From Vulcanimicrobiota bacterium (GTDB lineage: Bacteria; Vulcanimicrobiota; Vulcanimicrobiia; Vulcanimicrobiales; Vulcanimicrobiaceae): a stretch of DNA of 64,000 bases. Made by a program: the position numbers and the translations under genes. The stretch's first letter is position 1; each line of letters starts with the position of its first letter. Below, piece by piece: positions 30,270 to 39,105 of this stretch. The stretch spans positions 512,001 to 576,000 of the forward strand of contig CAWCIZ010000003.1 of NCBI GenBank assembly GCA_963795855.1, written 5' to 3'. The notes under the pieces were generated by a model. That model ran no database searches and had not been told where the DNA came from. It saw only the letters and a program-made list of their open reading frames with translations.

Positions 30270-30878
30270 ATGCTCGCGGTCATCGACTACGGCGGCGGCA
30301 ACCTCGGCTCGCTGGTGGCCGCGCTTCGGCGGCGCGGCGCGGCTTTTGCGATCGCGGACGATCCCGAGACGCTCGATGCTGCGCAATCCGCCATCCTTCC
30401 GGGCGACGGCGCGTTCGCCGCGACCATGCAGGCACTGAAAGAACGCGATCTCGACCGCGCGATTCTGCGCCACATCGACGCGGGAAAGGCGTTTTTGGGG
30501 ATCTGCGTCGGCATGCAGATCCTGTTTGAGGAAAGCGACGAATTCGGCTCGACTCGCGGTCTGGGCGTACTGCGGGGCCGCGTTTCGCGCTTCATTCGCG
30601 CCCCGCGCGTGCCGCATATGGGGTGGAATACGCTCGAACTGACGTCGAAACACCCATTCGTCGAGCGTCTGGGCGACGAACCGTTTGCGTACTTTCTGCA
30701 CTCCTATCGCGCGCCTGTGGGGCCGGACACGATCGCCGCGTGCACCCACGGGGAGCGGTTTACGGCAATAGCCGGCCGCGGTAACGTGATGGGAACGCAA
30801 TTTCATCCGGAGAAAAGCCGCCGCACGGGTGCTGCTCTGCTGGACAACTTCCTGATGCTCGCTGGAGAGGTATTCTAA
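30270..30878 (+). CDS. hisH: IGP synthase glutaminase subunit
   Basis: GICVGMQ, VPHMGWN, QFHPEKS. Confidence 0.95.
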   Translation: MLAVIDYGGGNLGSLVAALRRRGAAFAIADDPETLDAAQSAILPGDGAFAATMQALKERDLDRAILRHIDAGKAFLGICVGMQILFEESDEFGSTRGLGVLRGRVSRFIRAPRVPHMGWNTLELTSKHPFVERLGDEPFAYFLHSYRAPVGPDTIAACTHGERFTAIAGRGNVMGTQFHPEKSRRTGAALLDNFLMLAGEVF

Positions 30879-31597
30879 TGCTCGTCATTCCCGCAATCGA
30901 TCTGCGCGGCGGAAAGTGCGTGCGCATGCAGCAGGGCGATCCATCGCGCGAAAAAACGTACGATACCGATCCGGTGCAGCGTGCGAAATCGTTCGTTTCA
31001 AGCGGTGCCAAGCAACTGCACGTTATCGACCTTGACGGCGCGTTTGGCGCCGGCGAAAACGAGGATGCAATTGCGCGCATCTGCCGGGCCGTCGACGTAC
31101 CGGTGCAGACCGGCGGCGGAATTCGTACGCTCGCGCAAGCGCAGGCGCGTCTTCGCGCGGGAGCGGCCTACGTGATTCTGGGCACGCTGCTCGTTGAAGA
31201 CGAGCGCACCGCCCGTAACGTCGTGCACGAACTCGGCGCGCGCGTGTTCGCCGGAGTCGATGCGCGTGGGGGCGTGGTCGCCGTGCGCGGGTGGCAAGAG
31301 GGCACGCAAGTCGATCGCGACGCGCTGGTCCGCCGGGTGTCCCAGTGGGGCATAGAACGCGTAGTTTTCACGGAGATCACGCGGGACGGCACCGGCGGCG
31401 GATTCGATTTGGACGCGCTCTCGCAAGTCGCATCGCTCGGTGAAATTCGAGTGACGGCGAGCGGAGGCGCGCACGGCCTCGACGATCTCCGCGCACTTCG
31501 TAAGAATGCCCCGTCAAATGTGGATGCATGCGTCATCGGACGCGCGCTGTACGAAGGCACACTCGATCTGCGCGAGGCGATCGAGGCGCTGGCTTAG
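30878..31597 (+). CDS. hisA: ProFAR isomerase
   Basis: IPAIDL, LHVIDLDGA, GGGIR, ASGG. Confidence 0.93.
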   Translation: MLVIPAIDLRGGKCVRMQQGDPSREKTYDTDPVQRAKSFVSSGAKQLHVIDLDGAFGAGENEDAIARICRAVDVPVQTGGGIRTLAQAQARLRAGAAYVILGTLLVEDERTARNVVHELGARVFAGVDARGGVVAVRGWQEGTQVDRDALVRRVSQWGIERVVFTEITRDGTGGGFDLDALSQVASLGEIRVTASGGAHGLDDLRALRKNAPSNVDACVIGRALYEGTLDLREAIEALA

Positions 31598-31614
31598 CAA
31601 GCGGTTACGGCGTT

Positions 31615-32772
31615 CTACGCGGTTCGGGTCGCGGTGGGGGAACCGGAGGCCGCCCCGGACTCGGCGCCGGCGCGTGCTTCGGGATCGTCACCGGTGCGTG
31701 CGTCGGAACCGCCGCAGGATGCGCCGTCGCCATCGGACCCGCGCGAGGGCAGCGTCCGCCGCGGCCCCGTGGGATGCGGAATCCTATGCGGCGCGGGCGC
31801 GGGTGTCGGGGTAGGCCGCCCGAACTGCGGCCCCGTGTACAGCCCGATCAGGATAGGAATCGGCACGAAGTATTGCTGACCGTTCCAGGCGGTGTACACG
31901 GCGGTCACGGCGCACGACGGCATCCAATAGCCGTTCGGCGCGGGAAAATTTGCTTCGTACACGCCGCCGTATTGACTGCTCCACATGCCGTATTGAAAAC
32001 CGAGATCGCACAGCCGCAATTCTGCGCTGCCGCCGGGCGGAGCGACGAGCGTGAAATGCATCCAATCGCCCGGATAGTACATCGAGGGGCCGTTCGCGTA
32101 AAAGCGATAGTCGAATTGCGACATGGCGGGCGCATCCGGCGGCGCTTGCAGCGACGTTTGAAAACTCCACGTCGCGGAAAATGCGTCGTTCGCGGTGGTA
32201 CGCCCGGAAAAGGTCACCGTATGCGCACCGCGGCTCAATCCCATGCGCGGCATGTAGGTTATGGTGGAGCCGTCGAACGAAGCGGCGGCGGTCACGTCGG
32301 TGCCGTCGATTGCGAGCATCACGTTTTGCGGCGTTGCACTCGCGCTGCCCAGCGACGCCGAAATCGTCGGATATGCGGAAGAAACGTTCGTCCCCGGTGC
32401 CGGGTTCATATCGACGACACGAATTGCGGGAGTGGGGGTAACGATGCTCACGATACTCGCGCGCGCGTCGTAGCCGACGATTGCGCCCAGCGCTTGCGCG
32501 ATGAAACGCAGCGGCACGTACGTTCGCATCGCGATGACTCGAGGCGGCGTATCGAGTCTTGTGTCGCGTCCGTCGACGACGGCGCTCTCGGATCCAATCG
32601 TAAGACGCAGCGTGTGCGCCGCACTGCGCGCCACGATTACGCCGCGGCTGGGATCGTAGCGAATGCTTGCGCCCAAAGCGGAAAACGTCGCGCGCAGCGG
32701 CAGAAGCACGCGCCCTTGCTCGACGATCGCAGTGACGTCGACGGGGCGGTCGTTCACCGTGACGGTAAGCAT
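31615..32772 (-). CDS. Copper amine oxidase N-terminal domain protein
   Basis: GRVLLPLR and RTYVPLRFI repeats; Ig-like C-terminal part; Pro-rich tail. Confidence 0.7.
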   Translation of the reverse strand: MLTVTVNDRPVDVTAIVEQGRVLLPLRATFSALGASIRYDPSRGVIVARSAAHTLRLTIGSESAVVDGRDTRLDTPPRVIAMRTYVPLRFIAQALGAIVGYDARASIVSIVTPTPAIRVVDMNPAPGTNVSSAYPTISASLGSASATPQNVMLAIDGTDVTAAASFDGSTITYMPRMGLSRGAHTVTFSGRTTANDAFSATWSFQTSLQAPPDAPAMSQFDYRFYANGPSMYYPGDWMHFTLVAPPGGSAELRLCDLGFQYGMWSSQYGGVYEANFPAPNGYWMPSCAVTAVYTAWNGQQYFVPIPILIGLYTGPQFGRPTPTPAPAPHRIPHPTGPRRTLPSRGSDGDGASCGGSDARTGDDPEARAGAESGAASGSPTATRTA

Positions 32773-32774
32773 GT

Positions 32775-33916
32775 TTACTCCGTTAACGGTTCGTAGACGC
32801 GCCGCAGTTCCCCGGGTAAGCGCGTCACGATCTCGTAGTTAATCGTTTCCGCCCATTCGGCCCAATCGTCCGCACTCACCGCTTCCGCACCTTGCCTGCC
32901 GATGAGCGTAACCGCGTCTCCGGGTTTGGCGTCGAGCGCGTTTTCGAGGTCGATCATCGTCATGTTCATGCAGACCCGGCCGACGATCGGGCAGCGGCGT
33001 CCGCCGACCAGAAACGCGGCGCGGTTCGAGAGCAGGCGCGGAATACCGTCGGCATAGCCGAGCGGTACGACGCCGATGCGCGTGCGCTTCGGGCGCATGG
33101 TAACTGCCGCCGTATCCGACCGGCGTGCCCGCCTCGACGGCACGCACTGCGGCGAGCGAGCTCTGCAGCGAAAGCGCGGGCTGCAAGTCGAATCGCGCGC
33201 CGTTCATTGCGATCCGGGTCTGCGGCGATGGCCATAAGCCGTACAGCGCAATCCCGATGCGCACCATGTCCAGGCGGGTTTGCGGCCACAGCATCGTCGC
33301 GGCCGACGCGGCGATGTGTTTGAGCGGGCGCGCGTTCTTTTGCGCGAGCGTTTCTTCAACGGAGTGCAGCGCGCGGTTGAATGCGTCGAGCTTGTCCGAG
33401 CGTGAACGGCGAATCGAGTTCTTCCGCTGCGGCCAAGTGCGAGAAGACGCCGGTGAGTGCGAGGTCCGGCAAACGCGCGTAATCTGAAACGGCATCCGCC
33501 GCTTCCGCGGGGTCGAGACCGAGGCGCGTGGTGCCGGTGTTGATCTTCACGTGCACCGGAACCGGAGCGCCGCGCCGCCGGCCCGACTCGGCAACCGCGC
33601 GCAGGTACGACCCGGTGTTCCACAACGCCAGTTCGACGTTGCGCGCGCATACTTCGTCCAGCTGCGCACTTTCGATCGGTCCCATGACGAAGATCGGACG
33701 CGTCACGCCGGCATCGCGCAATACCGCTGCTTCTTGGAGGGAGTACACGCACAAGCGCTCCGCATATGGTTCGACGGTTCGCGCAATTTCCACGATGCCG
33801 TGCCCGTAAGCGTTCGCTTTCACCACGAAGGCGGTTTTTGCGGGAGCCGCCAAATCGCGCAGCGCTCGCGCGTTGTGCGCGATCGCGGCTAAGGAAACGC
33901 AGATGCGCCCGATCAT
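32775..33916 (-). CDS. alr: Alanine racemase, two frameshifts (about 33400 and 33095)
   Basis: VVKANAYGHG, SHLA, MVRIGIALYG, GYADG, GRVCMN, INYEI spread over three frames. Confidence 0.88.
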
Positions 33917-34380
33917 CGCGCGCGAGCGGCGAATGCGACGGGCACGCCGAAAAACACCGTCGCCGCAAGGACGCCGACGTATACCGAAAGCGCGTCCGGA
34001 ACCTTGAGCGCTTGCACGCTGAAGAGCACGAATTGCATGACGACGTACACGATTAAGCCGAAGATGAATCCGGAAATCGCCGGCTGCTTATCGATCGCGG
34101 GTTTGGTTTGCAAGATGTATGCATAGCCGATTCCCCACCCCGCCGCCGCAACGACGTTCATGACCAACCCGATCCACGCATACCCCGGCGACGCGAGCGC
34201 CGCTTTGCCAAAGGCAGTCGACGCGATGAATTGCCAAAGCGAGAGGATGCTCGCATGCGCGGGCAGTAGGCTTGCGAGGTAAAGAAAGACGTCGAAGCAG
34301 ATTGCGCCTGCGACGCCCGCGGCGATGCCGGACAGCACGATGCGGCGCCACTTCATGGAAACGGCCGTTGCCATACGCAT
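33913..34380 (-). CDS. Four-TM membrane protein
   Basis: Hydrophobic 155-aa ORF; stop overlaps the alr start. Confidence 0.7.
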   Translation of the reverse strand: MRMATAVSMKWRRIVLSGIAAGVAGAICFDVFLYLASLLPAHASILSLWQFIASTAFGKAALASPGYAWIGLVMNVVAAAGWGIGYAYILQTKPAIDKQPAISGFIFGLIVYVVMQFVLFSVQALKVPDALSVYVGVLAATVFFGVPVAFAARAR

Positions 34381-34620
34381 TTACGCTTCAAACTTAATGG
34401 CCGCGTAACCCTCTGCTCGGACCCTTTATTGTACGATAGCAGCACGATGCGACGGAACTATGCAACCGCCGTTGCGGACGTTGTTATTTGGAGCAGTTCC
34501 TTACTGCTCGCGGCCGTTCTGCTCTTCGTAATGCTGAACGCCGGACGCCACTGGGTGCATTAAGCAAGCAACGCCACGGCTGTTAGGCGGACGCCGGTTT
34601 TGACGGGGTAAACACACAGC

Positions 34621-35547
34621 GTGCCCGGTCAGCAATTCGCGACCATCCTCGCGCGAACCGATCCGTTCGACGTCGCCCAGGGGGTGGAACGCCACATTCG
34701 CGCGTTGTCCGGCGAGCAGGTACGTCTGTTGATCGAGAACGCTCGGCCGCGCCTGAACGATTTTTACGAGGCGGAATTCGTTCCGCTGTTGGACGAGCGT
34801 AGCGATGCGCGTTTGAAAAGCGGCTTCGCGCAATCCCTCAAGAGTAATTTGCGCGCAATTCCGCTTTTCGGCCCGGCGTTTTGCCAGGGCGTTATCTCCG
34901 GCGTGCCGGCCGATCGCGCCATCGGCCTGGGTGAAGAGGAGCACCGCCTGCGGCCTGTGCGCCCCGTCGCGATCGCCGTTGTCGCCCTGGCGCTCGTCAT
35001 CGCGGGCGCAGCCGGGGAGCGGGTACTCAGCACAGCCAGATCCAACGCCCAGACGCCGGTCATCACCACGACGCCCGCGCCCTTGCAGTTGGAGACGCCG
35101 CGTCCGGTAGCTATCGCGACGGCCGCCGAAGAAACGCGTGCTCAGGCGACGTTGCCGCCGCGATCGCGTCTGCAAGCGTTGCAGACCGCCGTTCCGGTTA
35201 CGGCGCCGGCGTTGTTTTCCCCGACTCGACCGGCTGCGCCGGAAGCGCGCCCGCGGACCCCGGCGCCGGGAGCCGGCGTGAAAACGATCGTGGTAGGTCC
35301 TCCGACGAGCGCGCCCTCACCGCAGCCGAGCGACGTGGACGTGAGCGACATGCCGCAGGCATACACCGACGCGACGCCTTTGCCGAAAGAAACGGCGCCG
35401 CCGGCGCAAGCCGCCACGCCGCTAGGCGTCGTCACCCCTACTGCTTCTCCCAGGCGCCGCTCATGGTTGCATCGCACAATTATGCACTTGGACCCGTTCA
35501 AGCCTAATCCGCGCCCATCAACTTCCGCCCACGGACAGCCGCTATGA
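34621..35547 (+). CDS. Single-TM protein with Pro/Thr-rich extracytoplasmic tail
   Basis: 308-aa ORF, one TM helix, ATGA coupling to the next gene. Confidence 0.6.
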   Translation: MPGQQFATILARTDPFDVAQGVERHIRALSGEQVRLLIENARPRLNDFYEAEFVPLLDERSDARLKSGFAQSLKSNLRAIPLFGPAFCQGVISGVPADRAIGLGEEEHRLRPVRPVAIAVVALALVIAGAAGERVLSTARSNAQTPVITTTPAPLQLETPRPVAIATAAEETRAQATLPPRSRLQALQTAVPVTAPALFSPTRPAAPEARPRTPAPGAGVKTIVVGPPTSAPSPQPSDVDVSDMPQAYTDATPLPKETAPPAQAATPLGVVTPTASPRRRSWLHRTIMHLDPFKPNPRPSTSAHGQPL

Positions 35548-36018
35548 AACTTTCGATCGTTGCGCCGCTTGCAGCCGCTGCCGCCCTGTCGCTGGCCGCA
35601 TGCAATTCCGGCAACAACCCCACCCCGACACCCACGCTTGGGCCTACGTGCCCACTGCCCGCCGGGGTTCAGACGCAGCTCGTGTATCCCGCGCCGGGCT
35701 CGACGGTGAGCGCCTCGACCGTGAGCGAAATCGCGATCGGGTCAACGGCCGCGCTCGATTCGAGCCGCTATCAGGTCGTCATCACGGACGCGCTCTTCCC
35801 ATATCCGAACTTCATCGCGCCCGGCGGCGCGCTGGCGGCGGCCTCACCGCCGTTCCCCTCGCCCAGCCAGACGCCGGCCTTCGGCAATCCGCAGTATCAG
35901 ACCACGACGCTCAGCAGCGTCTTTGCGGCAAACCAGGTCGTGACGGTCTACGTGAACGACACCAAATCGGGCGACAACTGCACACCGCTTCGAGCTGGGC
36001 GCGTTCACGACCCAGTAG
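35544..36018 (+). CDS. Lipoprotein; probable frameshift near 35988, true end ...ELGAFTTQ*
   Basis: Lipobox LAAC; the alternate frame ends at TAG 36016-36018, before the IS. Confidence 0.6.
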
Positions 36019-36276
36019 CCGGCGAACAGCCTCCCCGGGGGCGTCCAAAGGGCATTATCCCCTCACGGCACGGGTAACCGAAATCTCGAAAATGCGCTAG
36101 TGTTATCAGATCAGAGCCTTAATCTTTTCGTTCATGTTCGCGGGGCATAAACAAAGCGTGAAGTTTCGGCTTTTACCAAACCGTGACCGTTGACATTACG
36201 CCCTAAAGCCGGATGATTAGATTCCGACGTATAGCATGGATGCCAAGGATGGCCCACTGGTAGTCTGGAGAGCAGC

Positions 36277-36471
36277 ATGGAGAATTGCCTTGTGTGTGGC
36301 AAGCCAGTTCGAGTCGAGTACCCTGGGTTGCCGCGCGCCCGTGCGCTTTGTGATGATGTTTGCAAGCGAATCTGGGCTGCTCAAACCGGCAAAGAATACA
36401 TCAGTATGCAAGAATACGCCAGCAGGGTGAACGCGGCGACGAAACCTATCCACCCTACTAGCGCGTCGTAA
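36277..36471 (+). CDS. Small zinc-finger protein (CxxC...CxxxC, YacG/FCS-like), IS passenger
   Basis: MENCLVCGKPV...LCDDVCKRIW; GGAGAG upstream; convergent with the DUF3892 gene. Confidence 0.55.
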   Translation: MENCLVCGKPVRVEYPGLPRARALCDDVCKRIWAAQTGKEYISMQEYASRVNAATKPIHPTSAS

Positions 36472-36494
36472 GTCTACCTTAGCGGGTTATCGAT

Positions 36495-36764
36495 TTAGTA
36501 AACAGGCAGACTTAGCAGATTGTCAGCAACGGAATCATTCGGTAGTGTCCGTATGTACGGACGCCGGATGGTCCCGCAAACGACGACTACACGAGTCCGG
36601 CGATCGCCGTCCACCGTGTAGAGTTCGTTTCCGCCGTTGATAAACGCGATGATGGCCGATAGAGTCATCGTTAGCGTTACGCCGAAGACGGTTCGACATT
36701 CCACGTCGGTGATTATGGAGTGGGGACCCTCTAGGTACACTCCTATTGCTTCCAGAGATTGCAT
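36495..36764 (-). CDS. DUF3892-like protein, IS passenger (89 aa)
   Basis: AAGGAGGT RBS; C-terminal PYIRTLPNDSVADNLLSLP signature. Confidence 0.7.
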   Translation of the reverse strand: MQSLEAIGVYLEGPHSIITDVECRTVFGVTLTMTLSAIIAFINGGNELYTVDGDRRTRVVVVCGTIRRPYIRTLPNDSVADNLLSLPVY

Positions 36765-37035
36765 TGAGCAAGACCTCCTTGTGACGTGTCGCACCCGGCG
36801 CTTGGGATGCGGGCGGAGTGCCCGCGCCAAGTCACCAGCGTTCCCACCGAGGCAGGAGCGCTGTCGGGGTACCGGCTTCCCCCGATTTGCCGTCCGCTGA
36901 AGCACTCATCACCTGCGGAAATCTCATAGTACCTCTGGACTGGTGCGGTCGGTAGCCCATTCTCCGAAGCCTTAGCTTTCGCTAAACGAAGCGGGCCCTT
37001 TTGCGTCACCGTCCGGTTCGTGATAATGTTGGAGC

Positions 37036-37126
37036 GGAGCCGGGGAATCTTATTTCATGCGCGGTACCAGCGCGCACCCATGGTTTCTAAGGCCAGGTCG
37101 GACACTTGTCACGATTCGGCGGCTCC
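37036..37126 (+). ncRNA. Candidate cloverleaf-like structured RNA A
   Basis: Closing stem GGAGCCG/CGGCTCC with three internal arms; GATAAT upstream; terminator-like hairpin at 37137-37168. Confidence 0.4.
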
Positions 37127-37194
37127 AAAATGAATCGGGCTCATCTTTTAAGATGGGCCTGTTCTTTACGCGGCATTCTCCGTTTCGGTTGCGG

Positions 37195-37626
37195 CTATTG
37201 TGGCGGGCGGAACGTCGCCGATCCACCGATACGTTCGAGGGGCAATTTTTTGACCATGTGGCGTTGGGAGAGGTTGTAGCACGAGACATCAGTCGCTGAA
37301 AGCGGACTGTCAGCCCGCGTTACTGCGTTCATTGCCTGAGCGCGCTTCCATAATTCCTTTACGTGCATCGGGGTGCCGTGCGCTTCGTACAGAATGCGCG
37401 CGATGGCGCTCATTAATGAAGGCCCGCCCTTCGACCGTGGCGGAACGACATTCGGCGGTTCGATGCCTAACGGTAGCGGCTCGCCATTACTTGCATTCAG
37501 CGTGAGCCAGCGTTCGTCGGCGCGTAGCATGTCGAGCAGTACTTCTCTCTGCCTATCAAGGTTGGCGAGCGTTTCTCGAACTTGTGCTAGCCGATCGCGG
37601 ACTGCTTGCTCGGTTAACATGGTCAT
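37195..37626 (-). CDS. Coiled-coil plus winged-HTH (HARE-HTH-like) protein, IS passenger
   Basis: N-terminal heptads; SLMSAIARILYEAHGTPMHVKELW helix pattern. Confidence 0.65.
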   Translation of the reverse strand: MTMLTEQAVRDRLAQVRETLANLDRQREVLLDMLRADERWLTLNASNGEPLPLGIEPPNVVPPRSKGGPSLMSAIARILYEAHGTPMHVKELWKRAQAMNAVTRADSPLSATDVSCYNLSQRHMVKKLPLERIGGSATFRPPQ

Positions 37627-37652
37627 TTCGGTTCCCTTTTGCTATAATGGCA

Positions 37653-37770
37653 ATGGCGACGCCGGGGCCTCGATCCCCGGAGTTACGGGATTTCAGTCCC
37701 GCTTCTGTCCGAACCGCCGCCATCGGGGGCCCTGGGTCTGTCACCAAACTTCCCCAGGCCCCCTTACTTT
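37653..37770 (+). ncRNA. Candidate structured antisense RNA B
   Basis: TGcTATAAT at 37640-37648; ATGGCG/CGCCAT encloses two hairpins; followed by a GC hairpin and a T-rich tail. Confidence 0.45.
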
Positions 37771-37853
37771 ATCATAACGAGTCTGCTCGCATCATAGGGG
37801 GTAGGCCCTATGTAGGACCTAATAGCTCCATAAAGTTTAGGTAAAAGAGGCGT

Positions 37854-38021
37854 ATGGACAAAACTAAGGGCGTGGCACCATCCGGCGAACGCCCATATGA
37901 ACGGGTTGACTTTCTACGCGACTTGTCTAAGGCGTCTAAGAAACTAGCTTCCGGGGATGATGCTTCGCTGGAAAGTGACGCGCAAGAAACTCCTGGGAAA
38001 TCTGACCGCAAAGAATCGTGA
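37854..38021 (+). CDS. Small ORF antisense to the transposase 3' end (55 aa)
   Basis: AAGAGG RBS; MDKTKG...YERVDFLRDLSKASKK... Confidence 0.4.
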   Translation: MDKTKGVAPSGERPYERVDFLRDLSKASKKLASGDDASLESDAQETPGKSDRKES

Positions 38022-38943
38022 ACATCGGCTTGCCATCCTCGCGATGGTTGTAGCGGAAGCAATACTCGTCTAAGTAACCCTGAATGTGCTTGCGCGAGAT
38101 ATGCTTGTACACGCCGCGCACACTGCCACGGAAATGCGACCAGAAGCCCTCGATCGTGTTCGTCGAAACGCCGTCCGCATCGACGTAAACGCCGTCACTG
38201 TGCTTCACTAGTCTGTGAACGTAACCCCAATGCTTGAGGGGAACGTATTGCGGGGCTTCGTCTGTATGAATTTCACTACCGGGCTTGACTCGCTGCTTGA
38301 TGGGCTGCGTCAACTCGAAGAATCCGCGCCGTTCTACGGGATAAGCCGCAATACGGCCACCACGCTCGACTAAACCCGCGATTACGATCTTGCCGGTTTC
38401 GGGCCCAACAACTTGCGGAAAACGCGCACGAGCCCGACGGTTCATGCGATTAACCTTCGGCCCGAAATACGTTTCATCGGCTTCTACTATCTTGTCGCCG
38501 CCGAGATCGTGAACGTCCTCTAGTAGCATCTTGCGAATGAGGTTGAACATGCGCCACGCAGTTTTATACGTAACGCCGGTTTCGCGCATGAGCTGCATGG
38601 CGGAAATGCCACAACGGGTCGCGCTCATCAAGTAGATCGCGTGGAACCACGTTTTGAGGCTTGTCTTGGACTTGTGGAAGATCGTGCCGGCCGTCGGATG
38701 CGTATGCGTTCCGCAGTAATCGCAGGTCCAGACCTTGGGGCGATTCTTGAGCTGGTGATGGGGGCGGACCTCGCCGCATTGCAAACAGTGGATATACAGT
38801 GCGTCCGCGTCCTCGGGGGCCCATAGCGGCTGCGGATAGAGAGACTTGACCAACCAGCGCATACACGCGATATCGTCCGGAAACTCGGATTCGAACTGCT
38901 TGAACGTGTACTTGCTGTTCTTGGGTAGGTTTAGGCTCGGCAT
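37936..38943 (-). CDS. IS1595-family DDE transposase
   Basis: Zn ribbon CLQC...CDYC, AGTIFH, YKTAWRM, VEADETY, IHTDE, TNTIEGFWS, YLDEYCFRYN. Confidence 0.95.
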   Translation of the reverse strand: MPSLNLPKNSKYTFKQFESEFPDDIACMRWLVKSLYPQPLWAPEDADALYIHCLQCGEVRPHHQLKNRPKVWTCDYCGTHTHPTAGTIFHKSKTSLKTWFHAIYLMSATRCGISAMQLMRETGVTYKTAWRMFNLIRKMLLEDVHDLGGDKIVEADETYFGPKVNRMNRRARARFPQVVGPETGKIVIAGLVERGGRIAAYPVERRGFFELTQPIKQRVKPGSEIHTDEAPQYVPLKHWGYVHRLVKHSDGVYVDADGVSTNTIEGFWSHFRGSVRGVYKHISRKHIQGYLDEYCFRYNHREDGKPMFTILCGQISQEFLARHFPAKHHPRKLVS

Positions 38944-39014
38944 AGGGCTCGCCTCCACCTACAGCGTATCATGGGTTACACGTGCGGTCAAGGGATAATG
39001 ACCCGTCCAAAGAA

Positions 39015-39078
39015 CTTGCAGTCTCCACCGGAGTCTGCTAAGATTCCATCGCTGGCACTCTATTGCTGAGAGTGCCAA
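39015..39078 (+). promoter_or_regulatory. groESL sigma-70 promoter with tandem CIRCE (HrcA operators)
   Basis: TTGCAG-N17-TAAGAT with extended TG; CTGGCACTC-N9-GAGTGCCAA at 39052-39078; degenerate copy at 39015-39041. Confidence 0.88.
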
Positions 39079-39105
39079 TCCCTGACAAATTTTTTGGAGG
39101 TTTAC

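Larger units (their letters stand above)
36050..39003 (-). mobile_element. IS1595-family element with passenger genes (ISNwi1-like ends), 2954 bp
   Basis: 30-bp TIRs with 25/30 match (GGGCATTATCCCCTCACGGCACGGGTAACC vs GGTCATTATCCCTTGACCGCACGTGTAACC); 8-bp TSD CGTCCAAA at 36042-36049 and 39004-39011. Confidence 0.95.

Noticed and set aside
35544..36077. IS disrupting the lipoprotein gene
   Set aside because: The probable true stop (36018) precedes the TSD; extension into the IS comes from an indel
36860..37010. c-di-GMP-I riboswitch (GGCAAA, GAAA loop and GACGCAAA pieces)
   Set aside because: Elements occur in the wrong order and spacing
37030..37049. Minus-strand GATTCCCCGGCTCCGCTCCA resembling a tRNA 3' end or att site
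   Set aside because: No rest of a tRNA, no second copy and no integrase in the window
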